Source: Trichoplax adhaerens | Lineage: Eukaryota > Animalia > Placozoa | Direction of reading: 5' to 3' | DNA length: 64,000 nt | Assembly (NCBI RefSeq): GCF_000150275.1 | Contig: NW_002060943.1 | Span: forward strand, 9,017,070 to 9,081,069 | Shown: piece by piece, positions 39,099 to 51,774 of the stretch | Layout: each line of letters starts with the position of its first letter | How positions within the stretch are numbered: the first letter of the stretch is position 1 | Made by a program: the position numbers and the translations under genes | The notes under the pieces: model-generated | The model's input: only the letters and a program-made list of their open reading frames with translations | Databases searched by the model: none | What the model was told of the DNA's origin: nothing

Positions 39099-41895
39099 TT
39101 ACGGATCTCGACCTATACACTTATCATAAACACCAGGAAACTTTACGCACACTATCTGGAAATGCTTTCTATTCGGATATAACGATCTTGTCTTGGGACA
39201 CATACACTTGACAGACATGTATGGTGTCCAATCGCTTGGATTACAGTACATACCGAAAAGATCTCGTTCACCCGTATTCAAGGTGATCTTATTTAGATCT
39301 ACTAAACGAGGAGATTTTGACCATGCAGGATTTGGCTAAAAAGTTGTGCATAGAATGTTATTGACCATAAATCAGCCTTGTTAATGCCATATATAACAAT
39401 ACTTCATTTACTGAATTCGTTCATAAGACAGCATAATAATCTAAAAAAGCTTTTATACACGAATAGCTGACCTCAATCCTACGTCTTTTCTTTCCATCTC
39501 CAGTATGCCCAAGCCCTATTGCACCAATATGCCATATTCGTCCAAGAGTCGGAACAATCACATTGTAGCGACCTACCCAAAGCCAACCAAGGGCCTCAGA
39601 CCAATCGTTGACTTTGATTGTTAAGAAACGAGACGTTTTAATTTCTCTCCAAACAGAAGCGTTGAATGCGTACGCCATGCCGGGAAAGAAGAGCATATAT
39701 CTTCAAAGAAACATAAACAAAGAAATTATGTACATACATAAGCGAGCAGCAAATAGATTATTTTATGTATATGTAGATAAAGTAACATGCAGAATTTTTG
39801 GTAATAGTATTGCTATGTATTACTTTCAAAAGCCTAATACTACTTAAAGTTTATGCTTTCGAAATTACACACCGAATCACCACCGTATCTGGGTGAGGAT
39901 TTACAAGATTTTCTCCTGACCATCCCCCAAGTCCAACAGCAACAGTCTTATAACGCGAATTTTTGATCTGTAACATGTACCATATCATCTTGATGGCGTC
40001 TTTCGAAAGCTCGATATCGTCCTCTAAAAAGAGAACATCTTCCTCATATACAGATCCCAAACCAAAAATATCTACGAGTAAAAGCACCAGAGTACTTGAG
40101 AATATTCCTCAAACGATTCAAATTGATCAAGTGATGTCATTTTTTATTATAGGTAGAAACGCTAGTGCTAGCCAATACACGATATATTAGCTTTCAATTG
40201 TTGAATACTTGTAGACATATCTATAAGTATCTCAAGTTATACTTTAACAATTCATACCTTATCGTATTATCATACAAAATAATGGATACTCTATAATTTT
40301 AATTAAGCACAGGACTGTACGTTGTAACTTTCAATTAGCGCAGGGTAGAGGCACAATGCTATTAATATTTACATCAAAATATTATGTTACTCTGACTACC
40401 TGTTATCTAGACATTATTTCAGCAGAAAAGGTAAAACTGCATAGGCAGTATCGTGTATTGTACTGTACTAGAGATATAATCGTGTTTTGCCTAAATAGCT
40501 ACAAGTGAAGAAGTTTGAAATGTATGACATCTACTAATAAGTTAATAGCATTGCATCTAAATGGCTATCTAAAAGTAATATAACGACAATGAAATTCACG
40601 AGTAAAAGTAATTATGAGTTAATTTTATGCCACATCGCTTGTATCCACTTTGAAAGTATCAAGCATATCATGTAACAAACATCCACGTACAATACTGTAG
40701 GTTTAAAGATTTATCCAGCTTTTGGTATACTTCTGGCGTGCATGACAACACGATCATAATTACTTCATGCTCATGGATTCTATAATTGAACATTTTAGAT
40801 GATGGATGACAGCGTGCGCATAGAACTGTATTTACAATTTACAAGTACAACTTAGACATAGATACAAGCATATTTACACTTGCGATACATTACAATATTT
40901 ATCTACAGTAGACAAATATACTGGTTCAGCTCTAGGTTGAATGCTGTATCGATACAGCAGGTAGATACGTAATATAGTGGCGTCGATTGCTAAATTAAAT
41001 GATGACACAGATCCTGTAGATGATAGCAAATAGTGAAGGAACTTAATCTCATCATTAAGAAATTTGATACTATTGATACAACACACACACAATTAACCAT
41101 TATTGATAACCTCAAGCTAATCTTAAGAATTTAAGTATTGCAAAAAATAGATTGCCGCACCAATAGAATGTACTTGATTGACTGTTTCATCGATCCAATT
41201 TCTTCTTTAAGTTAATGTACAGTATAGTCTATTGCTGTGTCTATATACGATTATATATGCAAATCTGCATGGCACTAAATTTTGATCGAAAATACCATGC
41301 GTCAATATGATAAGCTACTTTACTACAATTGTGTAAAATTGTGCAGAAATGTAAATAGGTTTTAGCGATCAAGATTTACACCATCGTTCCATTACAATGA
41401 TACAGTACCTTTGTCCTCGAAAGTCTGCTTTACAACATTATACCACTGTTGTTTATATTCTTTTGCATTTCTACGTTTACTCTGTGTAATTATAGTTTTA
41501 GTCTTGCAAAATTTTACACCTGCAATAAGTTGGTTGGTTTTTTTGATATCTTCATCTTTGACGACTGGTGATTTCTGACATGCGAATAAACATGTGCTAT
41601 TAGGATGTAGACCATCAATATCTCGTAGCGAACGCAATAATCGTGACATATATTCGTGCCGATATGAACAGAAAATCACCATAGGAATCTTTATACTGGT
41701 AAAATTACTTTCGAAGGTTAATGGAGGAGCCGTTGCCAGTGTAACTTCATTATTAGTAAAGGTAATTCCATTAAGATCAGTATCTTTACTTTTCGATATA
41801 TCAATGTCTTTATGATTATAACTAGAATTTCTAATTTTTATAATAAACATGAATGCGGTGATTACAATAATAACTAAGAAGCAACGATGCCTCAT
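39099..41895 (-). CDS. Type II membrane GT-A glycosyltransferase (paralog 2, 4 coding exons)
   Basis: MRHRCFLVIIVITAFMFIIKI anchor, IPMVIFCSYRHEYMSRLLRSL, VLFLEDDIELSKD, GLGGWSGENLVNPHPDT, FFPGMAYAFNASVW, VPTLGRIWHIG and a tail ending DKCIGRDP*. Intron positions match paralog 1. Confidence 0.8.
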
Positions 41896-42439
41896 TTTTG
41901 AATTGCACGACCGTTATTGCAGCAAAGGAATGAAATCGTTCAACAGTAAAATTGGAAATGTAGCTAAAATTGAATCAATAAGACGGTGTTACAAAGTTGA
42001 TAGCGTAGTTACAGTATGTATCAAGCACAGCGGTACAATAAGGAGGCAAACTTCAAGATGGAAGGCAAAATCGATCGTGATTTTTTTAGTTTACATAGAT
42101 ATTTTACATCCTATGCAGAACCGCATAATACGAGTACGGTGAGTTGCACGATGGCGTTTGTGATGATCCAGTTGTCTGGCACTATCTAATACTGTCAATC
42201 CCAACCAATTGGTGTCGAAGGTTTCGGCCTTGTACCCAGTTCTATACGAATAAATGTGCTTTGCTTATAGCATGGTATAATTCAGATATTACGATCTATA
42301 ATTCATTTATTTATTAATTAATCAATGAATAAACGCAGACTTAAATCGCTGGGTTAAGAGTGTTTCAAAATCGTGACCTGGATCAGCTCCTACACGATGA
42401 ATCATTATGCAGTCAACAAAGCAACGTTGCAGGTGTGAT

Positions 42440-42870
42440 GTGTACTCAGGTGTCCCGTACCCGACAGAGACTGTTACGGTAACAGTGTTCCTAGCGACTG
42501 TAGTGTACAGTGTACAGTACAAGGGACTTCTAACAGTACTGTACAGTACAGAACTGACGTCTACGGTACTGTACAGTACAGTACTAAACACAACTGCACT
42601 GTAGAATACGGAACGGAATCACATGGATTTGCGATTCCGTTCCGTTCCGTATTCCATACCGTTCCGTCGAAAATACAAAATCTTACAGTACTGTACTGCA
42701 TACTACAGTATTAATTTGCATAGGTTCACAAAATATTTTCTCGGCATACTGTACACACTACTATACAGTACTGTACAGAACTGATATCTACGCTAATGTA
42801 CAGTACTAAACACTACGGACTGTAACTCACTGTACTGTACAGTACAGTACTGTACAGTGTACAGTGTAAT
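42440..42870. promoter_or_regulatory. (CAGTA/TACTG)n island with embedded inverted repeat; candidate bidirectional promoter GT paralog 2 <-> PPIP5K
   Basis: Dense pentamers between the ATGs at 41895 (-) and 43194 (+), with a hairpin at 42604-42654. Confidence 0.72.
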
Positions 42871-43193
42871 GGTGTATTTAATTTCAAAATTTTATTTCAG
42901 AAGCTAGCGCGTACCCAAGTAGAGATTTCTCTTGCTCTACAACTTGTAGTCTTTGGCCCTCAGTATATTACTTTCATATTTTTACAATGGAGAAAATTTC
43001 ATTTCTACGATAATTATCCATCGAACGAGTGGTACACTGATAGCTGCACTCTTTTACTCATAAGATTGTAGTACTGTATTTCTTTCTTAGCAGTTGTTGT
43101 TAATAGATAGTACAATATACGTTCGATAACACTTCCATTCAAGCTTTGCCTTCATTAATTGATTTATATTTAATACGATCGATCTCAGACAAG

Positions 43194-46100
43194 ATGACCG
43201 AGGTAAAAATTATAAAAGTCTTCCTGTACTCTACATGTACTATTAATCAATAACTTCAATTTTATTCATTGTCATACGGTACTACTGTACTTGGAACTAA
43301 GGATATAGTAGCACTGTAAACTCCAATGACTTAGCATAGTTTACATAATGTATTACAACTACAGTTTATGAATGACCGAGACGGAATTAACTTGTAAAAC
43401 CATTCTATGCAATGAAATAATTTAATTTTTAAATTTGAATTTTTAGGACCACTCAATAAGTGGAAATCGTATTGTAATAGGAGTGTGCTCTATGAATAGA
43501 AAAGTAAGTGCTATAACTAGTAACTACAATTACCTACCTCTCTATGAAGCTTGTCTAAAAAAAGTTTCAGAGATTGTATCAAGTTAGTTGTGGCTTTCAA
43601 TTAATATGCACTATCGCATACAATTGTTCAATTATACTGTATATTCATTATTTATCGATTGCAGTTGAATCTAGAGTTGTCGATATTAAGAGTTTTTGTT
43701 ACTATGATACACCATGGACAACCAAATACCATTGTTGTACGGTAGTAGTCTGTGTATTCAAGTATTCAATGCCTACAGGTTATTGGTTATAAGCTGTACG
43801 GATAGACTAAAATTGTACTCTCATTCCTATTCTCTACTTGCATTAAAACTATTTTCCTGTTGATGTAAAGCACACTAGTTTGCAGTACATGTCGTTGTTG
43901 TAGTACTTTTATTTTACTGTTAAAATAAACTTATAAGAGTATCTAAGCTGAACGTAATTTCTGCTTTACTATGACTTCAGTCAAGAGCGAGACCAATGAA
44001 AGAAATACTGAATCGCTTGCGTAAATATGATTCGCTACAAATTATTACCTTCCAAGATGACGTCATTCTTAATGAACCGGTCGAAAAATGGCCCTGTTGT
44101 GATTGCTTGATAGCTTTCTACTCTTCTGGATTTCCCTTGAAGAAGGCGATAGAGTATGCACAGTTACGAAAGCCGTTTCTCCTTAATGATTTAACGATGC
44201 AATACGACTTGATGGACAGGTACGAAAATACTATCTTAAAAATTTCAGGCTATCTAATTGAACTTAACAAGCTCACGTTTGTCCAATTTCCGTATACATT
44301 TTATGCAAATGTTGGATAGAATAAACTTTAATCTGTACGAATTATAAATATGCCCTTTGTAATAATCAATATGTCTTGTTTACAATATCCAGAGCAAAGG
44401 TCTACAGGATTTTAAAAAAACATGAGATACCAATACCTAGATATACCATCTTGGAAAGAAATTTAGACAATGAAAATGATGGTCAGAGTAAGTTTTACTA
44501 TATAAAGACTGTAAACTTATAATTACCTTAACCATGGACTACTAGATATCTAGTAGTCCATTCCCTAACTGATTAAAGCATATGCCCATCTTGTAAATAG
44601 TATCAAAGATAAGTCCAATTAGGAATCCATGGAAAGGTACTAGTTTAGTGTAGACTAGTGAAACCTTTGCTATTTGACCTAAAATCTAGTAGAAAGTGTA
44701 CATCAAGGCACATTTTAGAAATTTGAAGGATGCAGCAATAACATATGCAATAAAGCTAATGTATTAGCTACCTATATTCAGAAAGAATCCTAATTTCCTC
44801 TAATTACTAATAACCCACCAAATCTTATTTATCGTACATCACAATAATAACTTACAGACATTGATGAACTTGAAGATATCTTAAAAGTTAGTGGGGAAAT
44901 ATTCCACAAACCCTTTGTTGAAAAGCCAGTATCGGCTGAAGATCATAATATTGTCATATATTATCCTTCTTCCGCTGGAGGTGGAAGCCAGCGACTATTT
45001 CGTAAGGTTAGCAAGATCCTCTGCAAGTATATTCAATTTCTGCACGCTAAAATTATTAAGGTGCTTAAATTACAGTTCAATATACTTGATTGATGGCCAA
45101 AATTTATATATACTAGATCGGCTCAAAATCAAGTGTTTACAAGCAAGAAAGCCACGTTAGAAGAGATGGGTCATACCTTTACGAGGAATTCATGCCCACA
45201 GAAGGAGTCGATGTTAAGGTACTAGACTTACTTATCCACTTGCATAGCATTGCGCTCAACAAGTACGCAAGAGACTGTATCATTACAGAACAATTACAGC
45301 TTTACAGCGTTATAATAGTGAGGTACTCATATAACTTTAGATCTACACAGTTGGACCAGAATATGCACATGCTGAAGCTCGAAAATCACCAGTAAGTTAC
45401 GACATCACCATTCGAGTAAATTATTGAAAAGCCACTTGTTGTAAACGATTACATTGCCTACGCAAAATTCAGATACAGTATCAAAAAAGTAGCTTTTTTA
45501 TATGTATTTTTATTTAAATAAAATTTAAATTTTTTTACTCACCTTTACAGGCATTAGATGGAGTTGTTGAGAGAGATATACAAGGGAAAGAAGTTCGATA
45601 TCCTATCATTTTGACAGCTGCTGAAAAAACTATTGCCAGAAAAGTGTGTCTAGCGTTTAAGGTGATTTGTAATATTGCAATTGCAAATTAAACTGTTTAG
45701 GAAAACTGACTTCATTGGAATGCGTAACCGCCTTATTGAAATGATTTGTAAAAATTGTAGCAAACTGTTTGCGGTTTTGATTTACTAAGAGCAAACGGTA
45801 AATCGTATGTCTGTGATGTAAATGGCTTTAGCTTCGTCAAAACATCTCAAAAGTATTATAACGACTGTGCACAAATTCTAGGGTAATGACCAATTTTTAT
45901 TTCTATTGCCACAGTACTAATCATAGACATCCTATACTTTAAACAATTGTTTTTTTGTCTTATAGTAATTTAACTGCTAATAGTGTCATTAAATTTTTCC
46001 CTAGACATATGATTTTGTCACATTTCTCACCTCAGCAGCCCATCCCCCTAGTAATATCTCGCAAGGCGGATGATGTACCTTTAAGTATTAAAGTTAAGAA

Positions 46101-49100
46101 TGGGTTGGTAATCTCAATTTGCACTATACTACGTATTAATACTCTTGTTGATATTGGTATCCTAATTCATTTAGCCTAGAACTCCGTTGTGTTATCGCTA
46201 TAATGCGTCACGGTGATCGTACGCCAAAGCAGAAGCTCAAAATGCATGTAAACCATGAAAAGTAAGCAGAATTTCATGTACTAATATAGAATATACTTCT
46301 TAGCAACTACAGAAATTATATAGTGAACTAACTATAGCATTGGATTGTTCTTTAGATTTATCGAAATCTTTCGAAAATATGGTGGAAGTGAACGTAAAAA
46401 TTTGAAATTAAAAAAACCGAAACAATTACAAGTAATCCAATCGAAACTAAATTACCTATTCTCTTCACTCATTCGTTAATAAAACTCATTTCTATGCCTT
46501 AAAATACGACTAACATTATCTTACACATCATTTTGGTTAGGAAATTTTAGACATTGTTCGAGAATTGCTATTTACCTTTGACTCGAACCAGGACAAGACT
46601 ATCTTTGAATCTTACGAAAAATTACAACAGCTGCGCGCAGTCCTAGAAATGTACAACATAAAAATGAAACATTACGTTATCTTTCTAATCTTACTACTTT
46701 AAATGTTTTATTTCAACTCTGTAGTAGGTATTTACAACAACTCCACTCTTTGTAACACATGGATATTTTCACTGAAAATATAGGTACGGTCATTTCTCTG
46801 GTATAAATAGAAAGGTCCAATTAAAGTGTATGAACAAAAGAATTAGAGCTGACGGTAACAGCAACAGTAGCGACGATAACAGAGGTGACTATTAAAAAGA
46901 GAGAGAAAAATGCTTGTAAATATTTATAGAGCAAAAATTATTCCTTTACATCAAACAATGAACTTTTCGATCTTAAGCTTCTAGGCCTAGCTTACTCTTG
47001 ATTGCAAAGTGGGGAGGTGAACTAACACCTTTAGGACGTAGTGAAGCTGAGCGCTTGGGTTGTGCTTTTAGATGTATATACCCAAGTGGTCAAGGTGCAT
47101 TATCTACTTCTTATTTTAATACGAGGATAAGTTGAAAAATTTGGTTAAACTCCTATAAATAAGCATTCCTTTTATGTAAATATTATAGGAGAGTATAGTA
47201 ACTATCCAGGATCCGGCTTCCTGAGATTACACAGCACTTATCGACACGACCTGAAGATTTATTCTTCCGATGAGGGTCGTGTGCAAACGACTGCCGCCAG
47301 CTTTGCGAAAGTATATAATTATTAAATGTTTGATTTACAAGTTTTATTATAGTTACGAACTATTTATCGCTATCCCCAATTAATTTGGAAGATGCTCTGC
47401 TTTTATTTTGTTAGGGTTTACTCGACCTTGAGTGTGGCTTAACTCCCATACTGGTCCATTTAGTGAAGAGTAACCACACCAATAGGATGTTAGACACGTC
47501 AACGCATGCAGAAAGCCTCATGATGGAGTAAGCACCTTTTTGTTAATTGATCACTGCAATGGGATCAGATATATACTAAGTCTATTCTGCTAGAGTAAAA
47601 AGTCGTTTACATGAGATCTTGCAAAAAGATGAAAACTTTACAGAAGAAGACTATGCTTATGTACGTTAGGATTTTAATTTTTAGTACTTATAACAAAGAT
47701 TTGGTGTCCTCTTTCTCCTTCTTAAATAAGTAATTTCCTATTACGTGAATTAATTTATTACTCTTATAGCTTTCATCTGTGAAATCAAATTCCATTATTG
47801 CAGCAATGAAAATGATAGGAAATCCTCGCAGAGCTTGTCAAAAAGTGTTTGAATTAGTTCGATCTCTTACCAAACAATTAAAAGGTCTTATAGAAATTTC
47901 TGAAAACCAAACAGAAGGTAATAGATAATTCAGTTTTATGTTCAGATGTCGTTATAAATATCGTTACTAATTATTGATGGCACTTTCTATACATCTTTAT
48001 AAGAGCCGTTGTTGTATATGGGTGAAAGTTTGGTAATGATGTATAAAAGATGGACAAAACTGGAAAAGGTTAAGTCAATTAAATTCATTCAAATTTTATT
48101 CTTCTCAGAACGTATAAGTTTCATTCGTAATGCCACAATTTAGGAATTTAAGAGAAATGATTTATTCGAAATTAGTAAGATACCGGATATTTACGATTGC
48201 ATTAAATATGATGCTCTGCATAACAGGTCAGAATATGAACTTGCTTGCTATACAATAAATGTAGATATATATATAATTCGATCATTTCTAAATATGAGTC
48301 CGTGTTACCGCAATGCACCATAAAATTACATTATCATCAAGCTTATTTATCCAATGTTAATAATAAGCCTTGTAAAATATTTTTTTTAAATTGGACTCGC
48401 TCTCATTTACTTACCAGAAACTAATACTTATTATACTATACCTGCTATCTTGACAGTCAACTCAGTATAGTAAGCTACAGGAATATACTATCAGAAATAT
48501 ACAGCAACATGGCTATGTATAATTTAATAGAATTCTGCAACTACATGTATACTTCATTAACTATAATGTGATACGAATTTATAGTAAAGCTTGCTACAAT
48601 TTTACTATAAATTTCGTATCTTAGTAGCTATAACTAATAGTATTAGGAACGTAAGCATAATGATCACTATCAAGGAACAGCGTAAAGAGTACGATAATTG
48701 TGAAATTTATGTATAATTTTGTTGTCAGCCTAAGTTCAGTGAATTACATTTGTATCATTATAGGGCTTCTTTGCAGTAATATGACGTAGCCCTGTTAATA
48801 TCTTTTACAATAACATAATTGCAAAACGAGAATTAGTGTACTTATTTCAAATATCCAAATAATTAACAGATCTCAATTGTTAATTAACTTTTTACCATCT
48901 AGAGATTTACGACTTGATAATATACACGATCTTTATAAAGCCGTAAAACCTTTAGCTGATATTGTAATTCCACTGGTAAGATTAGTATCATGCCTTTTTT
49001 CTTTGACTTCAATAATTAATCTATTACTTCATTTAGATTCTTAAACCATAAATTGCATTTGTTGTAACGATATAGGAATACGGCATTACCGGTGAAGAGA

Positions 49101-51598
49101 AACACGAAATAAGCGAAAAGATTTGTCATAATCTTTTTCGGAAGTTGCGAGCTGATTTGCAGCATAACATCTGCTGCGATACGGAGTCTAGTAACAGGCT
49201 CAATCCGAAGTAATTTCAATTATAATCAATACGCAAAAAAATACAACAAGCTTTCGTAGATTTAAAATAGCCAGTTTAACCAGTGTGTTTTAGCTCTGGA
49301 GTAAACTGGTACTAACAACGGATTACTTGACCTATTATAAAATTTGCAAAATAAAAATTAGATACTCCCAAGGTGTCATTACGCCTGATCGGCACGTTCG
49401 GACGCGACTTTATTTTACCAGTGAAAGTCATATCCACACCCTATTATCTGCTATCCGCGATAGCAAATTATGTGATGTAAGAAAAAATTCTACAGCACTG
49501 CAACTACTCATATGTGCCTTTAATAAACTCCGGTTCATAATACTATATCTTTCAGGCGTCTGATAAACAATGGACTAAGTCAATGGAATGTATGGAAGAT
49601 ATCTCTGAATTGAATTATCTGACTCAAATTGTTTTCATGCTGTATGAGGATCCCAGTCAAGATGTTAGTTCGGAACAGAAATATAGAGTTACACTACACT
49701 TTAGTGCAGGAGATCGGCTGCTAGAAGAGCAACTTGGTGAAAAGTCCATTTATAGAAAGGTATCAGAAAATAGTAATTTTAACGATAAAACGTCAGTTAA
49801 AGAGGCTCCTTCCAAAAAAGATGGAACTGATGCTCCTATCGAAAGTAGCACAGATGACAATTCAGGTAAGAAGTTCATATTCACTTTAAATACTGTACAG
49901 TATGTACTGTATGCTGCCAAATAGCGTAATTACTTTACGCAACTTTTAGACTTTTGTGAATGAATGAATGAATGAATTCAGTGGGCCCCACTATTAATTA
50001 ATTTTTTTATCCTCTACTTTTAATTACCATAGTTTTCAAAGCTAGACGCTACTCATCAGATAACGGTTTGTAATACATAAATATTCGGTGAGTCAGTACT
50101 TTTTTCAAGTTTTTATAACACAATTATTATTATAATATTTAATAGACATAGCCAGAATCAGAGCTACTAAAAAAGTGACAGGATATAGCAGTGATGTTTC
50201 GTCATTGCTTGATCAGGCAACCCTTGAACAACCAATCCCAATGAACGGACTTATTGGTGATTAATTTACGCGCTATTATGTTAAAATACATTTTATTCGA
50301 TGTCAATTTTTGAAAATTTTAATTTTTATTAGCGTTATATGGCCCAATTACTGTGGGTCGGTAATTACTGACAATTTTTGGGGTCCCGTAATACCAGTTT
50401 CGCCTATAACCGTCGAAGAATTTAGTCATTTTATATCATTTATAGTCCTTTACCATGATTTATATACTGCGTTTTACCCCTGAAAATAATAGTGGAATAC
50501 AGTAGTTGGACTGCCCCATACGAGTAATACTTATTTATTTTTTTGTTGTTTGTATAAGTGCATCAGTTTTACAGCTTTAGAATGTAGTAACTTTTCCATT
50601 AGCTCGCCATGTTTATATCGTTCATCGTAAATTAATCGGGATATATCACATTATCAGAATTTTCTATATTTAGAATTAAAATTCGTAATGGGTAAAAATA
50701 GTTAAGGTAGTCATAATCAGCATACTGAGACCTACCGATTGGTCTTATAAGTCAATAATTCTACGACTACTATAGTGTATGATACACGCTTAGCAGTCGT
50801 TGCATATGGCGCGCTTGGGTCAAGGACATTTAATGACCACTTCAACATGGCTTCCGTGAGTGTATTAGACTACCATCTTTCTCTTCCTCATTAAATAGAT
50901 GATGATGAGGAGTACGATAGTAGTTTTACAGCAGATAATCTGTGGAAGAAATGCCACGGATTGTGATTATCGATGATTCTAATGGATAATCCACCAAATC
51001 GTCGATTACAAATCATCCATAGGTAAATGGAGAAAAAGGAAAGACATCCAAGATTGAGCAAGGAACCTAACTTCGCTAAAATACCGATCGTTACTGTAAT
51101 ACATATGAGATTCTAGCTTCTCTTTATACAATAGTACCACTGAAACTTTATTTTTCACTTAATTGTTATTATTTTAATGTTAAATGTATTTGCTTCATTC
51201 TGGGCAGAAACAAATCGGTTGTAGTCAATTAAGTAAATTACTATGGGCGTTTCTTTGTATAGGGTTTTTTGTTTTTTGAGTAGATTGTTTTATTTTTAGT
51301 TTAAATTTACACTGTTATGTACGGTGGTGGTCCACGAAAGTTATCATTCTTAATTGAATACTATGTAATACGTTTAGAATACCTAGTATTTTAGTCTTTA
51401 TTTTTCTAAAAGCTACTAACATATATGCCTTGCTATTATTTCTTTTATTTAATTAATCTAGGTGTATCAAGTCAACCTCTAATCCCTACTGTTTATCCTT
51501 TAATGACAATACACAACTCGTTAACACTGAGCCAAGTAAATAGCTTTTTAGAAGCCGCCATAAAATCACAAGATAAATTTTTTGAAGTATTAACTTAA
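43194..51598 (+). CDS. PPIP5K: Inositol hexakisphosphate / diphosphoinositol-pentakisphosphate kinase (Vip1/PPIP5K), >25 exons
   Basis: [117 protein letters not shown], phosphatase motif [38 protein letters not shown] and [16 protein letters not shown]. The last exon is [22 protein letters not shown]. The start and some C-terminal exons are less certain. Confidence 0.96.
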
Positions 51599-51774
51599 TC
51601 CTATTGCTTTATACAGTGTATGGTAATCTGTACTATTATACTGTAATTTTACAATAAGTATTATGCAATGTAATTTAATATAATTAAGAAATAAATACAC
51701 TGATTAATAGTTCTGTAATCCATTGTCGTGCCATATCTGTATATTTTAGATATCAATTGAACTTAGAAATTTAT

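Noticed and set aside
49957-49978. (GAAT)5 microsatellite in a PPIP5K intron
   Set aside because: It is an ordinary short simple repeat with no further structure.
50790-51025. Exon-like, higher-GC segments with plausible splice sites in the last PPIP5K intron
   Set aside because: I could not join them in frame without stops, and the flanking exons splice directly in a consistent phase. Alternative or poison exons cannot be excluded without RNA data.
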